From positions 44,622-68,621 of the forward strand of contig CAIMRY010000025.1 in NCBI GenBank assembly GCA_903843965.1: a stretch of 24,000 nucleotides of DNA. The letters are read 5' to 3'. Shown piece after piece: positions 17,354 through 23,826 of this stretch. Each line of letters begins with the position of its first letter. The stretch's first letter is position 1. Below the pieces are notes generated by a model. The model worked only from the letters and a program-made list of their open reading frames with translations, had not been told where the DNA came from and did not search any database. Source of the DNA: an uncultured delta proteobacterium. Its GTDB lineage: Bacteria > Desulfobacterota > Desulfovibrionia > Desulfovibrionales > Desulfovibrionaceae. The position numbers and the translations under genes were made by a program.

Positions 17354-18394
17354 ATGGGCTACGAGCTGTTCAACGAGGAAGCAGAGATCGTCGAAAAGGG
17401 CGAGTTGCTCCTGGAGCAGGGCGCCTTTGCCGACCCCGAAGCGGCCGCGCGCTTTGCCGAGATGCTCAAGCACTACAAAAAGCTGCTGAAGAACCTCCAG
17501 CGGCTCATGCGCCTGTCCGACCGCAACGAAGAGAAGCTCAACGCCCTGGCCCACGCCATGGATGAGAAGAACAAGCTCCTGGAGGCGCTTTCGGCCAACC
17601 TGTCCAAGTACCTGTCCCCGCAGATCGTGCATTCGCTGCTGACCGGGGAAAAGGGCACAGAACTCATCACCCAGCGCAAGAAGCTCACCGTCTTCTTCAG
17701 CGACATCAAGGACTTCACCAAGACCACCGAGAACATGCAGCCCGAGGACCTCTCGTATCTGCTGAACAGCTATTTCACGGAGATGTCCAAGATCGCTCTG
17801 CATTATGGGGCCACCATCGACAAGTTCATCGGCGACGCCATGCTCATGTTCTTCGGCGACCCCGAGACCAAGGGCGTGAAAGAGGACGCCGAGGCCTGCG
17901 TGCGCATGGCCGTGGCCATGCAGCGCCGCATGAAGAAGCTGCAAAGCACCTGGCGCTTCCGCGGCTACCAGAACCCGTTCCACATGCGCATCGGCATCAA
18001 TACCGGGTACTGCAACGTGGGCAACTTCGGCAGCGAAGACCGCATGGATTACACCATCATCGGCGGCGAGGTGAACCTGGCCGCGCGCCTGGAGGTCCAA
18101 GCCGAGCCCGACGGCATCCTCATCTCCTCGGACACCTTCTCCCTGGTGCAGGACATCGTGGAGGCCGAAGAACGCCCAAAGCTGACAGCCAAGGGCATTG
18201 AGCGCGAAATCATCCCCTACGCCATCACCAACATCTACGATGAGGAGCTGGGCTGTCCGGACCTCATCCGCTCGGAATTCAAGGGGCTGCGCATCATCGC
18301 GGACCTGGAGAAGGTCTGCGCCGCAGACAAGGGAGCCATCATCGAAACCATGGAGCAGCTTCTCGCGCGGTTGCGCGAGGAGCCTGCAGGCTGA
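17354..18394 (+). CDS. Class III adenylate cyclase (IIIb-like) with N-terminal coiled-coil stalk
   Basis: 346 aa. Catalytic core: LTVFFSDIKDFT (metal Asp117), IDKFIGDAMLMFFG (Lys157, Asp161), RIGINTGYCNVGNFG, DYTIIGGEVNLAARLE (Thr234, Asn241, Arg245). Residues 1 to about 105 are helical heptad-like, with no TM segment or recognisable sensor domain. Confidence 0.88.
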   Translation: MGYELFNEEAEIVEKGELLLEQGAFADPEAAARFAEMLKHYKKLLKNLQRLMRLSDRNEEKLNALAHAMDEKNKLLEALSANLSKYLSPQIVHSLLTGEKGTELITQRKKLTVFFSDIKDFTKTTENMQPEDLSYLLNSYFTEMSKIALHYGATIDKFIGDAMLMFFGDPETKGVKEDAEACVRMAVAMQRRMKKLQSTWRFRGYQNPFHMRIGINTGYCNVGNFGSEDRMDYTIIGGEVNLAARLEVQAEPDGILISSDTFSLVQDIVEAEERPKLTAKGIEREIIPYAITNIYDEELGCPDLIRSEFKGLRIIADLEKVCAADKGAIIETMEQLLARLREEPAG

Positions 18395-18419
18395 TCCGCA
18401 GGGCGAACAGGGGGTGCGC

Positions 18420-18827
18420 GTGGAGACGATCATCTGGACAGAAGCGCTCAGCGTAGGCGTGGAGCGCATCGACAGGGAGCATCAGACCCTGGTGGTCATG
18501 CTGAACGACCTGGGCCAGGTCATTGGCTCCGGACAGGGGCAGCAGTCCGTGGCGCAGGTCGTGTGCCGGATGCGTCAGTATGCCCAGGAGCATTTCGCAA
18601 CCGAGGAGGAGGCCATGACCGCCACCCGGTATTCTGGGCGCACCAGCCACATGGCCGAGCACGACGCCTTCATCGAAAAGGTCCTGGAAGTTGAGGACGC
18701 CTTGAGCCAGGGCGAGCCGGTTGCCGCTGGGGACATCTGGAAATACCTCCGGCTCTGGCTCACTGAGCATATCCAGGGCCCGGACAAGGTGCTCGGCGAG
18801 CATCTCTGCGCCTGTGGCAAGGGATAA
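18420..18827 (+). CDS. Bacteriohemerythrin (single domain)
   Basis: Start placed at the GTG at 18420 (product METIIWTEALSVGVERIDREHQ...); the track ORF begins much earlier inside the cyclase gene. All di-iron ligand motifs are present: DREH, EHFATEE, HMAEHDAF, EHIQGPD. Confidence 0.85.
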   Translation: METIIWTEALSVGVERIDREHQTLVVMLNDLGQVIGSGQGQQSVAQVVCRMRQYAQEHFATEEEAMTATRYSGRTSHMAEHDAFIEKVLEVEDALSQGEPVAAGDIWKYLRLWLTEHIQGPDKVLGEHLCACGKG

Positions 18828-18877
18828 GTAACCGACCGCGCCTGGTTGGTTGAATGGAATCGACAACGGGGGGGGAC

Positions 18878-19285
18878 ATGGAAACAGTTTTGTGGGCTTC
18901 TGAATTGGAGATTGGTGTCAAGAGCATTGACGAGCAGCACAGGCGCCTGGTGGGCATGTTGAACACCCTGGGCAAGGCCATTGGCGAGAACCACGGCAAG
19001 GACGCCATCATGGGCATCGTGGAGGAGATGAAGCACTACGCGGTGTATCATTTCAAGACCGAAGAAGAGGCCATGGAGGCCAAGGACTACCAAAAACGTT
19101 CTCAGCACAAGCAGGAGCACGACGCCTTCATCGAACAGGTGCTCGACGCGGCCGAGGCCCTGGAGTCCGGGGGCAATATCACCCCAGAGCAAGTCTGGGC
19201 TTTCCTGTACAAATGGCTTGTGGAGCACATCCTGGAGTCGGACAAGGCCATGGGCACTCACCTGGTCGCCCAGGGAATGCAGTAG
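18878..19285 (+). CDS. Bacteriohemerythrin (single domain), paralogue of the preceding gene
   Basis: Start placed at the ATG at 18878 (METVLWASELEIGVKSIDEQH), just after a G8 run (18868-18875) that could act as the RBS. Ligand motifs DEQH, YHFKTEE, HKQEHDAF and EHILESD. Confidence 0.88.
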   Translation: METVLWASELEIGVKSIDEQHRRLVGMLNTLGKAIGENHGKDAIMGIVEEMKHYAVYHFKTEEEAMEAKDYQKRSQHKQEHDAFIEQVLDAAEALESGGNITPEQVWAFLYKWLVEHILESDKAMGTHLVAQGMQ

Positions 19286-19684
19286 GTCGATCCGGTTCCG
19301 CAGTCTGCTCATCCTCTGGCGGGGCAGGCGCGGCGGATTCAGTTTTTCGAAAGCGCTGCCTGAGTTCTTGGCGAGCAGCAAGCACGCCTGGGCAAATTGC
19401 TGCCCCCCTCCCTCTTTTGCGCTGCAAGTCCGCACTAGGCATGTCCCAAAAACATATTCTACTGTCAAAGCCAGGGTGAAAGTGTACCGGCAGGGCCGAG
19501 TTATAGTGTACCGCCTTGGGGCAATGGATAAAGGCATGCTGCACGCTTGGCCATGTTGGTGGGCAGCGGCGCCCACCGCGACAATAATGGAGGCTACCAT
19601 GTCCTTGCCATCTTCTGTCTACTTCAGGCCGAAGGCTGCCGCCATGCTCGCGGGCTGGCCCAAGGCAGGGAGGGCACGCGCGCT

Positions 19685-19921
19685 ATGACTACCCGCGCAC
19701 TCCCGTCCGGTCCGGGCGGGTCCACAGAAGCCCCTGAAGTCGAAGTCCTTCACGTAACCACCGCCCCTCGTCCCACCCTCCGCCTACACCTCTGGCTTGA
19801 AAACAAGGGCGAGCTGTTCTTCGGCATTGGCCGGGCGCGCCGCCGCAGGGCGGGACCGGCGGCCAAGGCGCCCGTGGACAGAAAGCGCATTGTCAAAACC
19901 GCGTCTCTTGAGTATGCATGA
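19685..19921 (+). pseudogene. Possible remnant of a ModE-N-terminal-like (wHTH) regulator gene
   Basis: 78-codon ORF from the ATG at 19685. LRLHLWLENKGELFFGIGRA resembles the conserved N-terminal start of small ModE-like wHTH regulators, as I recall them. The expected HTH (GS...AA..LGMSYR.AW) is missing; the ORF continues as Arg/Ala-rich sequence and stops. Weak call. Confidence 0.25.
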
Positions 19922-19966
19922 ATGAGCCAGGGATACCGTCCTGCACACCAAAGCCCAGCGAGGACC

Positions 19967-20413
19967 ATGAAACTCTCCGCCAAGGCGCGCTACGCCGTGC
20001 GCATCCTGCTTGATCTTGCCCGGCACCTGGACGAGGGCCCGGTGCGCACCACGGATATTTCCGGCCGCACCGGCGTGTCCGCACGCTTCATCGAGCAGAT
20101 CCTGAAGCCCCTGAAAAAGGCCGCCCTGGTGACCAGTACGCGCGGCGCCACCGGCGGCTACACCCTTGTCGTCCGGCCCGAGGACATCAGCCTGGCGCGC
20201 GTCATCCGCATCATCGAGGGCAGCCTGTGCCTCACGCAATGCTGCGAAAACCCCTCGGTGTGCTCCCGCTCCTCGCATTGCCGCAGCCACCGGGCCTGGG
20301 TGCGCGTCTCCCAGGTCCTGGATGCCGAGCTGGAAAGCATCAGCATCAAGGACCTCCAGGACGACACGCTGTCCTGCACCGGCCCTGACTGCGCCTGCTG
20401 CCCCACGCCCTAG
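19967..20413 (+). CDS. Rrf2-family transcriptional regulator, putative Fe-S binding
   Basis: 148 aa from the ATG at 19967. MKLSAKARYAVRILLDLARH...ISGRTGVSARFIEQILKPLKKAALVTSTRGATGGYTL is a canonical Rrf2 wHTH. Cys88, Cys92, Cys93, Cys99, Cys105 and His108, plus a Cys-rich tail SCTGPDCACCPTP. Confidence 0.85.
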   Translation: MKLSAKARYAVRILLDLARHLDEGPVRTTDISGRTGVSARFIEQILKPLKKAALVTSTRGATGGYTLVVRPEDISLARVIRIIEGSLCLTQCCENPSVCSRSSHCRSHRAWVRVSQVLDAELESISIKDLQDDTLSCTGPDCACCPTP

Positions 20414-20561
20414 CCCCGCCCCGCCCCGCTTCGCAAGCGCCCCGCGCCGCCCAATCCCGCTGCCGCGCGGGAGCATTCCCATTCCCCCAGGCCTTGAGGG
20501 ATTGCCCAACCACATGTTTTAGAACGTAAAAAATATTTTGTGCTTTTATTCACGAATACCC

Positions 20562-20588
20562 TTGACTGCGTAGGCCTATTCTTTTAAT
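20562..20588 (+). promoter_or_regulatory. Putative sigma70-type promoter in the AT-rich island upstream of the second Rrf2 gene
   Basis: TTGACT (20562-20567), a 15 nt spacer, then TTTAAT (20583-20588; 5/6 to TATAAT). The spacer is shorter than optimal. It lies in the most AT-rich stretch of the window. Confidence 0.3.
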
Positions 20589-20699
20589 TCCGAGTCATAT
20601 GATCCTGATTGAATTCATCGCGTTTAGATTTATCGCTATTGACCAGGTACGAGTTGCGCGGATTTCGACCAGACTGGACCGACAAACAACGGGACAGAC

Positions 20700-21290
20700 A
20701 TGAAGCCAACCTCCAAAACCTGCCACGCCGTCAGAATCCTGCTGGAGCTTGCGCACCACGGGGACGCCCACCCCATGCGCGCCTCGGAGCTCTCCGTCAT
20801 CATCGGCATCTCAACCAAGCTCATGGAGAAGATCGTCCGCCCCCTCAAGGTCGCGGGCATGCTCAAGAGCCTGCGCGGGGCCAGCGGCGGCTACGTCCTC
20901 GACCGCGACCCCAAGGCCATCACCCTGGCCGACATCCTGACCGCCATGGAAGGCGCGGTGTTCAAGCCGCAGTGCTGCGAGGCCGACAGCGAGTGCCGGC
21001 TCCTCGACAGCTGTCCCACCGGCGCCATCTGGAGCGACATCGCCCTGCAGATGGAACAGCGCTTCCGCGCCATCACCCTGGCCGAGCTCATGACCGACGC
21101 GCGCGAGGACTGCCCCTCGCGCGCGGCCCGTGCGGCCCACGCCTCCAGATCCGCTGACGAACCCGACGGCACAAAGCCCTGGACCGACGCATGCGCTGGC
21201 CCGGGCAGAAGCAGAATCTCCCGCAGGAGGAAACCAGGGGCCGGACAAACCGCCCCGCGCATGCCGGGGCGCCCGCGCCCTGCTCGATGA
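20700..21290 (+). CDS. Rrf2-family transcriptional regulator, putative Fe-S binding, with a basic low-complexity C-terminal tail
   Basis: 196 aa. MKPTSKTCHAVRILLELAHH...LSVIIGISTKLMEKIVRPLKVAGMLKSLRGASGGYVL is an Rrf2 wHTH. Cys92, Cys93, Cys99 and Cys105 are at the same positions as in the upstream paralogue. The last 55 or so residues are Arg/Pro/Ala-rich. Confidence 0.8.
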   Translation: MKPTSKTCHAVRILLELAHHGDAHPMRASELSVIIGISTKLMEKIVRPLKVAGMLKSLRGASGGYVLDRDPKAITLADILTAMEGAVFKPQCCEADSECRLLDSCPTGAIWSDIALQMEQRFRAITLAELMTDAREDCPSRAARAAHASRSADEPDGTKPWTDACAGPGRSRISRRRKPGAGQTAPRMPGRPRPAR

Positions 21291-21331
21291 TGGCCGGCTA
21301 GAATTCCACACACCACAAAAAGGGGAAGATC

Positions 21332-22570
21332 ATGAAAAAATTGCTCATTCTCGGGTCCGGAGCAGGTGGCACCATCGTGGCCGCAAAAATGGCCAAGTCA
21401 CTTGGCGAGGACTGGCAGATCACGGTCATCGACCGCGATTGGAAGCACCACTACCAGGCCGGGTGGCTCTTCGTCCCCTTCGGCGTGTACTCCATGGCCG
21501 ACTGCGTGAAGCCCAAAACCGACTTCATCCCCGAGGGCGTCAGCTTCGTGCAGGACACCATCGTGAACATCAACCCCGAGAAGAAGCGGGTCAAGACCGA
21601 GAAGGGCCAGTACGACTACGACTGGCTGGTCATCGGCACCGGCTGCCGCATCATGCCCGACGAGATCGAGGGCATGATGGACGACTGGGGCGGCAACATC
21701 CACAACTTCTACACCCCGGATGGAGCCCAGAACCTCTACAAGAAGCTCAAGTACTACAAGAAGGGCAAGGTGGTCCTGAACATCGCCGAAATGCCCATCA
21801 AGTGCCCGGTGGCCCCGCTGGAGTTCGTGTACCTGCTCGACTGGTTCTTCACCGTCAACGGCGTGCGCAAGAACATTGAGATCGAGCTGGTGACCCCGCT
21901 CACCGGCGCCTTCACCAAGCCCGTGGCGGCCAGCATTCTGGGCCGGATCTGCGAGCAGAAGAACATCGCCATCACGCCCAACTTTGAGATCGCGGGCGTC
22001 AATGTGGGCGAGAAGACCATCGAGAGCGTCAAGGGCGACAAGGTCAACTACGACCTGCTCGTGGCCATCCCGCCCAATTTCGGCTCCCAGATCATCATCG
22101 ACTCCGAGCTCGGCGACGCCATGGGCTATGTGGACACCGACAAGCATACGCTGAAGGCCAAAAACATCCCCAACTGCTACGTCATCGGCGACGCCACCAA
22201 CTGCCCCACCTCCAAGGCCGGCAGCGTGGCCCACTACCAGGCCGACATCGTCTGCGACAACCTCCTGCGCGAGATCGACGGCGAGGACCCCCGGCCCGAG
22301 TTTGACGGCCACTCCACCTGCTTCATCGTCTCCGGCTACGAGCAGGCCTTTTTGATCGACTTCAACTACTCTGTGGAGCCGCTGGAGGGCAAATACCCCT
22401 TCCCCGGCCTGGGCCCCTTCTCGCTCCTGGGCGAAAGCCACTTCAACTACTGGGGCAAGATGATGTTCAAGTGGGTCTACTTCAATCTGATGCTCAAGGG
22501 CCACGAACTGCCGCTGGAGTCCCAGATGTTCATGGCCGGGAAGATGCGCCACCACCTGGCTGGCGCCTAG
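21332..22570 (+). CDS. Sulfide:quinone oxidoreductase-like FAD-dependent oxidoreductase
   Basis: 412 aa. Rossmann start MKKLLILGSGAGGTIVA, then MPIKCPVAPLEF (Cys158, resembling the PIKC-GAP motif of SQR-family enzymes), a second dinucleotide motif VIGDATNCPTSKAGSVAHYQA, Cys330 in GHSTCFIV, and an amphipathic C-terminus. RBS AAAGGGGAAG upstream. Confidence 0.8.
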   Translation: MKKLLILGSGAGGTIVAAKMAKSLGEDWQITVIDRDWKHHYQAGWLFVPFGVYSMADCVKPKTDFIPEGVSFVQDTIVNINPEKKRVKTEKGQYDYDWLVIGTGCRIMPDEIEGMMDDWGGNIHNFYTPDGAQNLYKKLKYYKKGKVVLNIAEMPIKCPVAPLEFVYLLDWFFTVNGVRKNIEIELVTPLTGAFTKPVAASILGRICEQKNIAITPNFEIAGVNVGEKTIESVKGDKVNYDLLVAIPPNFGSQIIIDSELGDAMGYVDTDKHTLKAKNIPNCYVIGDATNCPTSKAGSVAHYQADIVCDNLLREIDGEDPRPEFDGHSTCFIVSGYEQAFLIDFNYSVEPLEGKYPFPGLGPFSLLGESHFNYWGKMMFKWVYFNLMLKGHELPLESQMFMAGKMRHHLAGA

Positions 22571-22586
22571 GACGCGGGGGGGCACC

Positions 22587-23234
22587 ATGCAGGACGAACG
22601 TGTTCTCGAACGCATTGAAGGGATGGAGCAGCAGCTCAAGTACCTGGTCGACGCCTCCAAGGGTTGGCAGGAACTGAAGCACGACCTGACCCCCATCATG
22701 CACGACGCCTTCAAGACCCTGATGAAAGAGTTCGGCGACGTCGAAGCAGGCTTCCAGCTGGAAGACATCTTCGCGCTGCTGAAGCGCTTTCTGCGCAGCA
22801 TCAAGAACATCACCTACATGCTGGAGCAGATGGAGAACATCATCGACCTCTGGAAGACCATCGAGCCGCTGCTGCACTCGGCCGTGCCCAAGGGCGTGGC
22901 CTTTCTGGACAACATGGAGCAGCAGGGCGTGTTCCGCATGTACAAGGCCATGGTCCAGGTCCGCGGCAAGATGGCCCGGGCCTACACGCCGGAGGACATC
23001 GAGGTCATGGGCGACGGCTTCGTGTCCATGCTCGGGCTGATCAAGAAGCTCAGCACCCCGCAGGCGCGGGAGATGCTGGAAAAGCTGGCCGACATGATGG
23101 GCGACGTGGACCTGAAGGAGTGCAAGGAATGCGGGCCCATGGGCCTGGTGGCCGGGATGAGCGGCAAGGAGGCCCGCAAGGGGCTGGGCGTCATGCTGGA
23201 ATTCACCAAGAGCCTGGGCAAGCTGAAGGACTAG
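22587..23234 (+). CDS. DUF1641 domain protein
   Basis: 215 aa helical protein. The repeated architecture and C-terminal block (GPMGLVAGMSGKEARKGLGVMLEFTKSLG) resemble DUF1641 proteins that I recall as frequent neighbours of SQR/NDH-2-like flavoproteins. Starts 17 nt after the flavoprotein stop. Confidence 0.65.
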   Translation: MQDERVLERIEGMEQQLKYLVDASKGWQELKHDLTPIMHDAFKTLMKEFGDVEAGFQLEDIFALLKRFLRSIKNITYMLEQMENIIDLWKTIEPLLHSAVPKGVAFLDNMEQQGVFRMYKAMVQVRGKMARAYTPEDIEVMGDGFVSMLGLIKKLSTPQAREMLEKLADMMGDVDLKECKECGPMGLVAGMSGKEARKGLGVMLEFTKSLGKLKD

Positions 23235-23356
23235 GGCGGACAGCTCCGGGGCGACCGGCACCGCCCCGGAACGCGCGGCCCGGCGGCATTTGCCACGGCC
23301 GGACCGGGCCGCGCCCCATATACAAACACGCCGCATTCCTGCGGCAGGAGGCAGCC

Positions 23357-23710
23357 ATGAGCAAGAAGATCCTCATCGTGGACGACGACCCCGCAGTGGT
23401 GGACTTTCTGAACGAGGTGTTCACGGACAACGGCTACGCCACGGAAAAGGCCTACAACGGGGTCGAGGCGCTGGCCAAGACCGAGGCCTTCCGGCCCGAC
23501 CTCATCACCCTGGACATGGACATGCCGGAAAAGGCCGGCACCATGTTCTACATCGGCCTGCGCAAGCAGGAAGCCCTCAATAAGACGCCGGTCATCGTCA
23601 TCAGCGGCGTGGGCCCCCGGCCCCCGGCCCTGGGCCGGGACATCCCGGTGCTGACCAAGCCCGTTGACCCCGTGGTGCTGCTGGACCTGGTCGCCCGGAC
23701 CCTGGCCTAG
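23357..23710 (+). CDS. Stand-alone response-regulator receiver (CheY-like)
   Basis: 117 aa from the ATG at 23357 (AGGAGG at 23346-23351). KILIVDDDP, phospho-acceptor Asp in LITLDMDMP, VIVISG and LTKP. The track shows it only as the tail of a longer spurious ORF (22664..23710). Confidence 0.85.
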   Translation: MSKKILIVDDDPAVVDFLNEVFTDNGYATEKAYNGVEALAKTEAFRPDLITLDMDMPEKAGTMFYIGLRKQEALNKTPVIVISGVGPRPPALGRDIPVLTKPVDPVVLLDLVARTLA

Positions 23711-23826
23711 CCGCACCGGCCCCGGCGCGGCGGCCCAGGCGCAGGCCCGCCCGCTGCGCCAGGGCCGCACCGGGGCCGCCGCGCCGGAATGCAGCACACC
23801 CACCACCCAAGGCCAAGGGGGCAGCC

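Noticed and set aside
18575-19600. 341 aa minus-strand ORF spanning both hemerythrin genes and the following intergenic region
   Set aside because: It is antisense to two hemerythrins with complete ligand motifs, has no motif of its own, and has an implausible composition.
20414-20428. (CCCCG)x3 microrepeat immediately after the first Rrf2 stop codon
   Set aside because: It is too short and compositionally expected in GC-rich DNA, with no evidence of function.
20609-21157. 182 aa alternative-frame ORF over the second Rrf2 gene
   Set aside because: The product is Arg/Pro/His-rich, whereas the 20700 frame encodes a textbook Rrf2 wHTH.
23246-23269. GC hairpin CCGGGGCG-accggcac-CGCCCCGG after the DUF1641 gene, considered as a terminator
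   Set aside because: It has a perfect 8 bp stem but no downstream U-tract (it is followed by AACGCGCGG). Such GC inverted repeats are common in this DNA, so I did not call it a feature.
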